A stretch of DNA of 63,364 bases, filler included, from Octopus bimaculoides (Eukaryota), in NCBI RefSeq assembly GCF_001194135.2. It is 4 parts of 3 records of this genome, joined end to end, with 100 filler letters (N's around TTAATTAATTAA, not from the genome) between each part and the next. Parts side by side here need not be neighbours in the genome. Positions count along the whole stretch, not along the records: positions 22,585 to 32,075 come from NC_068991.1; positions 32,176 to 62,085 come from NC_068985.1; 2 more parts are not named here. One strand, 5' to 3'. This document shows positions 24,188 to 36,215 of the stretch, piece after piece (within the stretch, counting starts at the first letter, position 1; each line of letters begins with the position of its first letter). Both the position numbers and the translations under genes were made by a program. Below the pieces are notes generated by a model, which saw only the letters and a program-made list of their open reading frames with translations, had not been told where the DNA came from and did not search any database.

Positions 24188-25265
24188 AATTGCTTATAAA
24201 TTGTCAATTCCGTTTGTTCTGACAGGATCTGAGATACTTCCTAGTCTTCATCGTATTCCATGGAACCCCAGTATTTTTCCAAACAGCTTCCTGTCATCCT
24301 CCGATAAAATGACATATTCAGAAAAGTTAATAAGTACTTTGGTTGCTATTGTAGACTACACTATTCTTTCTATTGGAGCACCTACACACAGTGTCAAAAC
24401 ATATGCGAAAGACAAACCTGATATTTCATTCATAGATTTGCTACACCAGGCACAGTTTTTTCTTATTGAAAAAGATGTACTTCTAGATTATCCGCTGCCC
24501 CAACTTCCAAATGTAAGATATGTTGGTGGCCTGGCAGCAAAACATTCATTGCCTTTGAAGGGAGGGTTATTGAATTTCGTAAATGCTTCCACGAATGGAA
24601 TAGTTGTGGTGTCATTTGGCAGTAATATCAATGATTTCCCTGCTGTTCAGCTAGAAAAGCTACAGAGCGCATTGAAACAAATAAAATATGATGTTGTGTG
24701 GAGACAGAAGAAAACATCATTTTCTCATAAGAATATTTATATCAGTGATTGGGTACCACAAAATGATCTGCTTGGCCATCCTAAAACTAAATTATTTGTT
24801 ACTCATTGTGGAAATAGCGGTCAATTTGAAGCTTTGTTCCATGGTGTGCCAATGCTGGGAATACCTTTATTTACAGACCAATTTTATAACTCTCGCAGAA
24901 TGACCGAGAAAGGATACGGATTGTCACTAGATATAGAGAACTTTACCCCGAAGGAATTAATAGAGAAAATAAAAGAACTGATTGAAAATAAAACATATTC
25001 TGAGAAAATTAAAAGAGCTAGTGAAATATTCCACTCCCGACCCGAATATCCATCGAAGAAATCAGCCCGCCATATTGATCACATCTTGAAATACGGTGGA
25101 GAATATCTAAAGTCTCCATGTCAAGAGAGTCGATTGTATGAATTTTTCATGATCGATGTATTGGCTCCTATATTTGTAGTAATATCACTTTTGATATATT
25201 TGACCTGTCTAATTGGGAAAAAATGTTTAACTATCTTTTGTAAGAAGAAAACGAAGACTGACTAA
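23919..25265 (+). CDS. UDP-glycosyltransferase (GT1, metazoan ER-type), 5'-truncated by gap; residues ~58-505, intronless
   Basis: UGT signature WVPQNDLLGHPKTKLFVTHCGNSGQFEALFHGVPMLGIPLFTDQ, GIVVVSFGS motif, C-terminal TM helix, and KKTKTD end fitting a KxKxx ER-retrieval signal. Frame is open from the contig start. Confidence 0.96.
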   Translation: MLNKELTKTFQKEQNINILPMNEIPEIEEIRSASEKQECRRVFVMKKALNLFPPVCERILRDEKSIEMMRAVNASLAVINGLFVTNCLTIIAYKLSIPFVLTGSEILPSLHRIPWNPSIFPNSFLSSSDKMTYSEKLISTLVAIVDYTILSIGAPTHSVKTYAKDKPDISFIDLLHQAQFFLIEKDVLLDYPLPQLPNVRYVGGLAAKHSLPLKGGLLNFVNASTNGIVVVSFGSNINDFPAVQLEKLQSALKQIKYDVVWRQKKTSFSHKNIYISDWVPQNDLLGHPKTKLFVTHCGNSGQFEALFHGVPMLGIPLFTDQFYNSRRMTEKGYGLSLDIENFTPKELIEKIKELIENKTYSEKIKRASEIFHSRPEYPSKKSARHIDHILKYGGEYLKSPCQESRLYEFFMIDVLAPIFVVISLLIYLTCLIGKKCLTIFCKKKTKTD

Positions 25266-25564
25266 ATTATGTTTCGGTAAGCTCAAATATGTAAATCATA
25301 CCTCTTTTGTTTTGCTTTATGTAAATCAAGATCTAACTGCAATAACCCTGAAAGCATAATTTTGTTTTCGTATAGAAATTTTAATTTGCATCGTAATTTA
25401 TCTTCAGCTTTTGTAAACCAACACCCGCTGATTGTTTTTATATGTAATTTTCCCAGATAAAGTGACATTGTATATCCAGTGTCCAACGGACTCCCATCCT
25501 GATGATATATAGAAAAATAACGCAGCCTAATGCAGCCGTTTGTCTTATGTAATGAACATACATA

Positions 25565-25764
25565 AGAGTGACAGAGAGGTGGCTGTGAAAATACTTAGAA
25601 TAAACTTACATCATCAGTGAATTGTAAAAGCTGTGAAAAATTAGTAAATTAATGAAACAGTTACGTACCTATATAACTGTTTACTAATTTTTTCGCAGCC
25701 TTTACAATTCATTGATAAAATAAGTTTATTCTAAATATTTGCACAGCCACCTCCCTGTCACTCT
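25565..25764. mobile_element. Foldback MITE-like element 3' of the UGT stop codon
   Basis: TA|AGAGTGACAG...CTGTCACTCT|TA with ~90-100 nt arms that pair almost to the centre. Confidence 0.75.
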
Positions 25765-28700
25765 TATAATTAAAAATCAGAAATATTAGTCTCATTTGTC
25801 CAAGAATCAAATCAGAATCATTGTCCTTTTCCCCTTTATCTAACGTCTAATTTCACTTCACATCGTTAACATTTGAATTCTGTTTGCATTCTCATATCTG
25901 GTACTAGTTGGAAAACTTGACAGCTACTACGAGACCCAAGGATTAAATTGTGCGCTTCTATCTGTTTTGGCATTGTTTCCTAACGTAAATGCCCTTCCTA
26001 AATACAAAACCTTTGCAGTGTGTACTGGTTGCTTTTTTTGTGCCACGTGCACTAGTGAGATGAAAATGCAGCTGGAAAATGATAACCCGAAGAGAGGCGG
26101 ATTTTATGCTAAAAGATGAGAAGTGAAAGTAAGACGAAAGGAGGCAGAACAGAACAGGTTTCTTGATGTAGTATGAGCACATGACAATTCATATTTTACT
26201 AGCTGGACACGTGAAAATTTCACGGTAAACATAAAAAATATAAGCATCTGTAAATTGATTTCTGGTGCCGTGAGAAATGTTTGTGTATTGTAACAGTTAC
26301 AGAATATAGAAAGAAGTGTAAAACCGATAACTTTATAATCCAACCAAAATACCTCAGTTACTCAAACGTAAACTGAATTACTATTTAGTCTCAAAATGCA
26401 TTGTACATATTAAAAGAACATTCTTGGTTTAGTGCCACGGAACGTTCTTCTGGTAGTCTTTTACTTGTTTCAATAACTTGTCGGTGGTCAAGCTGGAGCA
26501 CCGCCGTTTAGTCGAAGAAATCGACTCCTGCACTTATCTCCTGTAAACCTGGTGATTAATCTATCGGCCTTTTCTGCCTAACAGCTAAGTTCCGAGGACG
26601 CAAACACACCAACATCGGTTGTCAAACAATGGTGTGGGAGAGACAAATATAGACACACACAAACACACATACACACGCACATACATACCTATCAGTTTTC
26701 GTCTACCAAATTCACTCACGAGGCTACAGTAGAAGACACTATAATGTAAAAAGTTGAATTTTCTGTAGCCACCTGTTGGCAACTTTTCTCCCCCATCTAT
26801 TTTGTAGGGGGTGTTACTCAATTTTCTGCGATTTTTTCACAACTATACCACGTTCGAAATTTGCATTAGTTTTTGTATGAAAAATAATAAAGGAAATTAG
26901 TGAGGGGTGCTCGTTTGTATTTGGTAGAGAAAACATTAAACGTGCCTTAAAAAAAATAAAAATAAAAAAAACAACTTCTTCGAAACTAAAAGACATGAAG
27001 AACTATGAAAGAATGCGAATAAATACCGGGGGTGGAGGAAAGAAGGGAGAACTAACACTTGATCGTTCTAGAACTCTCAGAATAAAAACCTAAATACCTT
27101 AAATATTTTCTCCTCTATTCGTTACTAAATGTCTTTCACTTTTTCTTCGTTGTTAAAAGTAAAATTGCTAGAAAAGATCGTCTGAATTTCAGTCTAATTG
27201 TCATTTTAAATGACTGAGGCTTTCCTTTCCCTGACTCTATCCCTTCAATGCTTTCTTCTACGGTTAAGAGTGTGATGGTGAGTGGTTCAGTGGTTAAGGA
27301 TATTCGGCCCACAATCGTAAGGTCATGAGTACGATCCTCGGCGGCGCGCCGTGTTCTTGTGCAAGTCACCCTACATCACCTTGCTGCAGTTCACACGACT
27401 GGCGAGAATGAGTTGTTGCTGTAATTCAAAGGTGTCAGCCATGGCACATTCTGCGTGAAGCTGAATCTCCCTGAGAACAATGTAAATGGTATGCATATCT
27501 GTGGAGTACTCAGTCATTTGTGCGTTAATTTTACGAGCAGACTGTTCTGCTGATCAGATAAACAGGAACCTCGTCGTCGTAACCGACGGAGTGCCAGTTT
27601 TGAAAAAGATTGAGAAAGGAAATGTTTCATATCGTAAGGCAAAAACGTCATGTGTTTAGTATAAACAGTGAAAGCTACGACGAAATAATTGCTATTCCGT
27701 CGTGTATTCGCCCTCGGCTCACGCTCAGTTTGATACCAATAGCCAGCGCATCGGTGTTTAACTGGGGGCTTGGCCTCCAGATCTGTGAGACCCACAAATA
27801 TCGCTGTTAGGACCGGATTAATACCCATAGTGACCCTAACGACTTAAAAGATGTTCCTACCTCTATATAGGATCTTGTTTCGTTTTCTTTGAAACACTTG
27901 AAGGTTTATCTTACTAGATAGCCACTCAGCTAGCCAAAATGAGTTGTAGCTGTAATTGAAAGGGGTCAATATTGACACATTCTGTGTGAGGCTGATTCAC
28001 CTTGACAACTACGTTAATGATATGCATGTCTGTGGAGTACTCAGCCATTTCCGAATTAAATTTATCCTCGTGAAAGTGACGTCCAATATTTGCAGCGTCT
28101 ACGTATCTATGTATCAACTTTCTTTTCCATCTATGTATCTACTGTCTCTCTCACTTTCTCTCTTTTTCTTTCATTTCATCTGTGTCCTTCCTCTCTCCCG
28201 CTTTTAATTTAACAATGTGTTTATGTATCTATGTATCAACTTTTGTTTCGATCTATGTATGTACTTTTCTTGCGATGTGATAAACATTTAAAAATACAAA
28301 ACGAAAGCCGTCACCTCTCACTCCCTCTCTTTCTCTCTTACTCTCTCTTTCTCTCTCACTCTCACTTTCTCTATCACTCTCTATTTCTCTTTCACTCTCT
28401 CTCCTCTCTCACTCTCTCCGTCACCACTCACTGTCTCTTTCACTCTATTTCTCCTTCTCACTCTCTCTCTTTCTCACTTCCTCTCTGAAACATTTAAAAA
28501 CACAAAACGAACGCCGTCAGCACTCACTGTCTCTATCACTCTCTCTCTTTATCTCTCTCACTCTCCATTTTTCACTCTTTCTTTCTTACTTCCTCTGTCC
28601 TCCTCTTTTTTGCTTTGCCACTGATTTCTTCCTTTGAAGTAAATGTGACACACACCGCAGGTAAGGAAAGAAACAACTACAACTAAGCGCATTATTATTA

Positions 28701-29279
28701 TTGATAAGATTGGGTGGAGGTGATCGGGTGGAGCGGAGAAGAGATAAAATAGTGGTGATGGGTTGCCCGTGTCTTCTTTCAAAGTAAAAGGTGAGTAAAA
28801 GTGAATGGAAGCAGCAGAACGGTAGATCTAGCAAAAGTGAATGGGAGAATGAGTAATGAGAAGGAAGGGAGTGACTATAATGAAAGAAGAAACGTTGAGT
28901 GTTCATAAAAGGGTGGAAGAAATTGGGAAGCGTGGTGAATGCTGTAGTAAATGGTGGATAAAGGGTGAGGGTGACCAATTATGCATGGCGGTGGGGAGGG
29001 GAAGAGCAGCAGAACAGTAATATTGGTTCGGTATACAAGGTAAGGAAGCGAGAAAGAGAGAGAAAGTTAGAGAGAGAAAGGCGGTTAGAGAAAGTGATGA
29101 TTTGACAGGTTGTAAGAGTGTAGGGAAAGGGGAGAGAGAGGCAGCTGGAGGGCATGGGGTGGCTAAGAAGGAGAAATTAAAAATTGCTTTGCTATTCATT
29201 ACTGAGTTGGATAGTCACGTATGGGGTTTGATATCTAATGCAACACCACATGTGATTAAGTGAAAGGTAATTGAAAAAT

Positions 29280-30360
29280 CCACACTTATTTTAATGGACC
29301 AAATAAATGTAAAATATGTTCAGCTGAAAGAACTCAGCTCCTTTTCAGATCCAAGATCCCTAACTCATCACTGAACTCTAGGTCTGAAATTTTCAGGGGT
29401 TGTAAACATATGTCTAAGTACGTTTTGAAGAATTGAAAAATTCCACCTATATCTGATCAACTTGTTGTTATCTTTCCAGCCTTATAAAACATTTCATTAT
29501 AATGCCCCAGCTGCAGCATCATGTCTCATCGGTAGATGATACCGTGATGAAATTTTCAGACAACTGCTTATGATGTCGGTGATATCTTTGGTGTTAATTC
29601 CACAAAGTCTGCATCGGTTGTCACATTTTACTGCTTTTCTTGCACCTCTATCCCTTTTGTGCATCGGGAACTTGGTTGATGTTCCTTTTCCTTGATTGCA
29701 AACGCATTCCCTTCAAAGTGGAAAGTAGTAATCGTGCTATTGGTCCATGATAGACTGCTTTGATGATTAATGTTACTGTCATCTTGGAGCTATCTACTAG
29801 TATATCCATGCATGGTTTTCTGCTTATACAGGCTCATCCTTTCATATGATGATATGTTGCGGTAGAGTCGTGCGACATATTTGGTCATGTATTCTAGGTT
29901 ATGACAGAGCGTTGCTCGATGAGCTACCTTCCATCTCTTATGATGTTATCAACCTCATGTATGCAAACTTGATCAAGGGATGCAGTTCGACACTTTGTGA
30001 TTAAAGGATGTTGCCGAAGGGATATGATACAACAGTCAAATGTATTTTGGATCAATGTTAAGCCTCTGCCGCCTTGTTTTCATTTTTGGAAGAGGTGGTC
30101 TACGTCACTATTTATGTGGAAATGATTTGTGCTTGTCAGTATTTTTCGGGTTTTGACATCAATGGCTCAGATCTCATCAAGTGTCCAATCAAGCTGCCAA
30201 AATATGGGTATGAGTACTAGCACTGCAAACACATTGTGGGCCAATGTTTCATTGAATGCAAAGAGTTCTGACGTCCAAATTTTCTTTATTGGGCTGTAAT
30301 ATTCTTTAGTGACAGGTGTTTTGTTACAGGTGTCATTGTAAGATATGTTTTCATTCACCC
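29280..30360 (-). mobile_element. Degenerate RLE-type (R4/R2/NeSL-like) non-LTR retrotransposon
   Basis: Minus strand 29690-29510 reads DNRCRLCGINTKDITDIISSCLKISSRYHLPMRHD, a decayed CCHC knuckle plus RHD motif. Outer limits approximate. Confidence 0.7.
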
Positions 30361-30810
30361 CTAGAAACCTATAACATTATTTGTCAGATATATGGGACAC
30401 AGTCAATCATTGATGGAGTAGTTGCTAGTGTGGTTTATAGTTTTCCCTCTTTTCCCAACAACCATATAACAACATAATTTATGTAAACCGAAAAGAAGAG
30501 TAGCAATATTCAGACGAGCTTGTGTTAAAACGAAAAACATAATGCCGAAAATTGGTAAAATGAAATCCAAGAACAAAGTGAATTAAAGTAAAAAAGAAAA
30601 AGAGAAGAAACGAAGAATTACTAAAAAGAGACAGAAATGTTATTTTGACGTAAAATAATAGATGTTGAAAATTGTATGTATGTATGTATGTATATATGTA
30701 TGTATGTATATACATACATACACCCCCCACATATATGTATATAATTACATATGCATATATACTAACGTATATATGCGTATGTATGTATGTATGTATGTAT
30801 GTGTGTATGT

Positions 30811-31142
30811 GAAGGCACATGGCTCAGTGGTTAGAGCGTCGAGTTTACGATCGTGAGGTTGTGAGTTCGAATCCCGGACCGAGCTGCGTGTTGTGTTCTT
30901 GAGCAAGACACTTTATTTCACGTTGCTCTATTTCACTGAACTGTAGAAATGAGTCGCGACGTCACAGGTACCAAGCTGTATCAGCATTTGCCTTTCCCTT
31001 GGATAACATTGGTGGCTTGGATAGGGGAGACCGGTATGTATGGGTGACTGCTAGTCTTCCATAAACACCCTTGCCTGGACCTGTGCCCGGGTGGGTAACT
31101 TTCTAGGTGCAATTCCATGGTCAGTCATGACCGAAGGGAATC
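30811..31142 (+). mobile_element. SINE family 3 with intact Pol III A and B boxes
   Basis: A box TGGCTCAGTGG at 30820 and B box GTTCGAATC at 30865. Relatives at ~27280-27600, 38770-39090(-) and 40715-41090. Confidence 0.85.
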
Positions 31143-31198
31143 TCAGCATGTATGTATGTATGTATGTATGTATGTATGTATGTATGTATGTATGTATG

Positions 31199-31229
<31 letters not shown>

Positions 31230-31589
31230 TTATCTAATGTACACATTTACGTATATCAATGTATATATGCACACGCATGCATCTATGTATGAGGTTTGTA
31301 TATATTTATGCTTCTGTATTTGTACAGAAATATGGTTCTATTAATTCTATGGATATATTAATTAGTACTAAGGTAGTTATGTGCTTTGTTGCTGTTTAAA
31401 AGATATGCATAAACCATTTCTAATAAAGCTCTAAATAGTTTGGTTAGTGTATCGAAGTTACTATACAAATTTGCTACCATAATTTTGGCATTGTGGTGAC
31501 GGATGAGGTGAGACAGTCATAAGACACAAGTTGCTTTCCTTCCATCGCAAATATCATTCGAATATATAATCACAAATTTATTCATATGT

Positions 31590-31617
31590 CTTTCTATATC
31601 TTTTCTCTTTTTTTTAG
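31590..31617 (+). promoter_or_regulatory. Polypyrimidine tract and AG splice acceptor of a 5'-UTR intron of the UGT
   Basis: ctttctatatcttttctcttttttttag|gtcaac lies 18 nt upstream of the ATG. Confidence 0.6.
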
Positions 31618-31635
31618 GTCAACACCTCCTGAAAA

Positions 31636-32075
31636 ATGATAGAGAAGAATCTGTTTTTCTGTTTAATGGTGCTATGCATCATTGTACGTCTAGAAAGAGT
31701 CAACAGTAAAAATATTTTATACATAGCATGGCCTGCTTACAGTTATGTATATCCAATGATTTCTATAGCAAACGAATTATCAAAGTATGGACATAATAAC
31801 TATTTTATACTAAATAAAGAACTCACGAAAACTTTCCAAAAGGAACAGAACATAAATATCCTTCCAATGAATGAGATACCAGAAATTGAAGAAATTCGCA
31901 GTGCTTCAGAGAAGCAAGAATGTAGAAGAGTATTCGTGATGAAAAAGGCCCTAAATTTATTCCCTCCAGTGTGCGAGAGAATTCTAAGGGATGAAAAATC
32001 GATTGAAATGATGAGAGCAGTGAATGCTAGTTTAGCTGTTATTAATGGATTATTTGTGACAAACTGTCTTACAAT
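31636..32075 (+). CDS. UDP-glycosyltransferase N-terminus (signal peptide, residues 1-146), 3'-truncated by gap
   Basis: MIEKNLFFCLMVLCIIVRLERVNS signal-like peptide followed by NILYIAWPAYSYVYPMISIANELSKYGH, the UGT N-terminal strand/helix. 31806-32075 is identical to 23918-24187. Confidence 0.93.
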
Positions 32076-32175
32076 NNNNNNNNNNNNNNNNNNNNNNNNN
32101 NNNNNNNNNNNNNNNNNNNTTAATTAATTAANNNNNNNNNNNNNNNNNNNNNNNNNNNNNNNNNNNNNNNNNNNN

Positions 32176-32229
<54 letters not shown>

Positions 32230-33842
32230 TGTGTGTGTGTGTGTGTATGTGTGTGTGTGTGTGTGTAAATGCTTGTTTGTCTGTGTTTGTTCCCCCAGCA
32301 TCGCTTGATAATAGATGCTTGTGTGTTTACGCCCCGTAACATTAGCGGTTCGGCAGAACAGACCGATAGAATAATTACTAGGCTTACAAGTAATAAGTCC
32401 TGGGATGGATTTTCTCGACTAAACGCGGTGCTCCAGCATGCCCGCAGTCAAATGACTGAAACAATTATAAAAAAAAATAAAAGAATACATATAACATCAA
32501 CATATGTTATATGACGATGTACAATATTCATATAAATGCAAAAGTAATTAACATAGAGATGCAAATCAGGTGGGTGTATACAAATATAAGCAACTATCAA
32601 ACAATTTCATAACGTGGTATTACTCGCCTATCTTAGTTTTCGGACATTAATTTTCCGAATTTCATGAATAATTAAAGATATTCCCAGTTTTACCACAAAT
32701 TGAATATTTTGTGATCAAGTTTCGCATTGCATCGGATTATCATTTTTAGCAATGAGTGGCTGTGTCGTAAGATGCTTCCTTACCAACCGCATGGTTCAGT
32801 GCCGATGTGTGGCACCTTGGGCAAATGTCTTCTACTATAACCTCGGGCCAACCAAAGCCTTGTGAGTGGATTTGGTAGTTGGAAACTGCAAGAAGCCCGT
32901 CGTATATATGTATATATGTATATATATATATATATATATATNNNNNNNNNNNNNNNNNNNNNNNNNNNNNNNNNNNNNNNNNNNNNNNNNNNNNNNNNNN
33001 NNNNNNNNNNNNNNNNNNNNNNNNNNNNNNNNNNNNNNNNNNNNNNNNNNNNNNNNNNNNNNNNNNNNNNNNNNNNNNNNNNNNNNGTGTTTGTGTGTGT
33101 GTGTTTGTCTGTGTATGTATGTGTGTGTATATGTTTGTGTGTCTTTGTTTGTCCGCCCAACATCGCTTGACGACTGATGCTGGTGTGTTTACGTCCCTGT
33201 AATTTAGCGGTGCTCCAGCATAGCCGCATTTAAATGACTGAAACAAATAAAAGAGTAAAAGAGTATATTGTTGTGCGTCGAGAAACATTGCAACTGATTT
33301 CAGTCTGAATAATAATCGTTGCCTCAGAATTATAAATGTTTTTTTTTTACAAGCAAATGGAATTATTGTTAGTTGAATAATTCAAAAAACATGGCGTCAG
33401 TATGTTGTCTTGCTCAGTTTTGATGGAACGGACATACAATCAAAGATATTACGTTTGTAACCATCCCTAGATAGTCGAATTATTATAGAGATGGACTTGC
33501 TGTTTCTACTCAGTTGAGCACACGCGTATTGTTCTTCTGAATGAATTGTGTTGTCTAGGTCTTAATCTAGTCATGAGGATTTAAATACCAGTCCTTGCTA
33601 ATCATGATAATACTCGCTTGATTTCACGTGGGTTATCACAGGGTGGCATTTACAATTTCAATATGGTAATTATATAAAGCAATGCTAGAAATGAAAATTG
33701 TAGTATTGATAACGGCTGCCTATAGGTACTATAACGGGTATGTAATGGTCAATAAGCAATAATTATTTACATAATGAATTACACATGGCCAAGCTTGTAT
33801 ACTTTTCTATTTAAATAATTGTTAATATTATTAATACTTCTC

Positions 33843-34965
33843 AGGTGGTGCACCGGCAGAAACGTTAGCACACCGGGCGAAATGCATAGCGGTATTTCAT
33901 CCATCATTGCGTTCTGAGTACAAATTCCACTGAAGTCCACTTTGCCTTTCATCCTTTCGGGGTCGATAGATTAAGTACTAGTTGCGTATTGAGGTCGATG
34001 TAACTGACTCATCCTCACCTCCACTAAAATTTCGAGCCTTGTGCCTAGATTAGAAAAGAATATTATTAACACATCTAACACGGTGAGCTGACAGACACCT
34101 TAGCACGACGGGCGAAATGTCTAGCGGTATTTCGTCAGCCGTTTGGTTCTAATTTCAAATTCCGCCGAGGTCGACTTTGCCTTTCATCGTTTCGGATCGA
34201 TTAAATAAGTACCAGTTACGCACTGGGGTCAATATAATCGACTTAATCCGTTTGTCTGTCCTCGCTGTCCCCTCTGTGTGTAGCCCCTTGGGGGCAGTAA
34301 AGAAATAACAAATCGTTAGAACGCTGGTCGAAATGCTTAGTGATATTTCGTCTGTCTTTAGGTTCTGAGTTCAAATTCCGCCGAGGTAGGCCTTGCCTTT
34401 CATCCTTTTGGGGATAATAATTTAAATACCAGTTGCATACTGGTTCGATCTAATTGACTGACCCCGCTCCCCCAAAATTTTTGGCCTTGTGCCTAGAGTA
34501 CAAAATAATATTATTAATACCTCTGTGGAGGCGGCGAGCTGGCAGAAACGTTAGCATGCCGGGGAAATGCTTAGCAGTATTTCGTCTGCCGTTCCGTTCT
34601 GAGTTCAAATTCCGCCGAGGTACGCTTTGCCTTTCATACTTTCGGGGTCCATAAATTAAGTACCAGTTACGCACTGGGGTCGATGTAATCGACTTAATCC
34701 TTTTGTCTGTCCTTGTTTGTCTGCTCTACGTTTAGCCCCTTGTGGGCAATAAAGAAATAAGAAACGTTAGCACGCCGGGCAAAATGCTTAGCTGCTTTTC
34801 GCCCCTGTTTATGTTCTGAGTACAAACTGCGCCGAGGTCGACTTTACACTTCCTCCTGTCAGTGTCCATAAAATAATATCACTTGAGCACTGGGCTTGAT
34901 GCGATCTACTTACATCCTACCTCGAAATTACAGACCTTATGTCAACATTTCTAATCAATATTATT
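33843..34965 (+). mobile_element. Tandem array of five tRNA-derived SINE monomers (family 1)
   Basis: Recurrent gaaacgttagcac.ccgggcgaaatgcttagc...gttctgagttcaaattccgccgagg head with two alternating 3' tails. Confidence 0.88.
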
Positions 34966-35529
34966 TACTTGTGATATTCCTGATGGCTCGTAGATATAGT
35001 AATAGCATGGCAGTAATTTTTCTACTTGACCTGGTGCCAGTAGAACTGTACATTTACGAATTTATGTAAGACATGCTGTAGTTTTGATAACATTCGAAAT
35101 AACATTTATTTTAGTGGACTTTATGGCATAGCTGGTATTGTTTTTAACATTTACATAGGGTTTTCTAGCTTGACTATCAGTATTGGTTGCCTTAACGTGT
35201 GTGATTTTGAGACTCATTGACAATTTCATATTTATAAGATGGAGCGGCACCCGGTCTGTTTTCTATGACTGATAACGTTTTGAATTAAAAAAATATTTTA
35301 AAATATTATATAGAATGTGCGCATTGATGTTTGTATTGATGGCGTCTATGTTTAAACAGATAGCGGATTTTACCATCTCCTGAGACGGAATTAAGATTTC
35401 CTTAACAACCCATTTAATATTCATAAACCGTACTAAGATTCATCCGTTGTATATCAAAGTTCATATAAAATTAGTGATAGCACTCTCTGCGTGTTTTACA
35501 GTCCGCAGAACAAGACTTGTTTTACATTC

Positions 35530-35770
35530 AATGCAAAGAGTAGGACAAATTCCTCTCGGAAACTTGTACACTGCATTGAGTATTTCCTGGAGAACAGAAC
35601 ACAACATGTTCTGATAGGTGGAATTCACTCAAGCCCAGCAACAGTAACCGGTGGTGTCCCCCTGGGGATTCTCGTGGGTCCGCTCCTCTTTATAATCTAT
35701 ATAAACGACCTTTCCAGCGTTATTTTCCGCAAAGTGAAAATATTGGTTGATGACACTACAGAAGCTAAAT
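35530..35770 (+). mobile_element. CR1/L2/Jockey-like LINE RT fragment
   Basis: FLENRTQHVLIG...VTGGVPLGILVGPLLFIIYINDL resembles GVPQGSxLGPxLFxIYINDL. Confidence 0.85.
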
Positions 35771-36112
35771 TTTCATGGGTAAATTATGGCTTTTATACTC
35801 AACGTTATAGCAGAAATTGCGTTGTTCTCACTCTCAAGCTACTCTATTCGCACAATCTTCCTCGCTGTGTTCAACATTGTTTTTTCAAAGTACAATAGTT
35901 TAATCAGATATTAAGTAGACATCTATCACTATGCAGACACAAAACTTAAGTATACACACGTATATACTCTCACACATAAATCACACATACATATATGTAT
36001 ATAAACGTATTCATACACACATATTCACATACACCCATATATGTTTATACAGATATAAATGCATAGATGAATATATGTTCATGCGTAGCTGTGTGGTAAG
36101 TAGCTTGCTTAC

Positions 36113-36215
36113 CAACCACACGTTCAAAGTTCAAGGGCAAGTCTATCACCTCATTGCTTTCCTGTTTACCACAAATGAACAACCACAGTTCCTCTAAATT
36201 TACTTTATGAGTGAT
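36113..36215 (+). mobile_element. Helitron Rep-domain fragment
   Basis: FKVQGQVYHLI...PQFL*IYFM resembles the Helitron motif GQxYHxIG...PxFxQLY. Confidence 0.7.

Noticed and set aside
23919-25265. Horizontal (bacterial or viral) origin of the intronless UGT
   Set aside because: The signal peptide, TM helix, ER dilysine motif and host-like AT content fit a metazoan UGT. Lack of introns alone is not evidence.
30811-30890. tRNA gene
   Set aside because: It has A and B boxes but continues into a repeat body shared with other copies and lacks a proper acceptor stem and terminator. It is a SINE head, as is 59645-59706.
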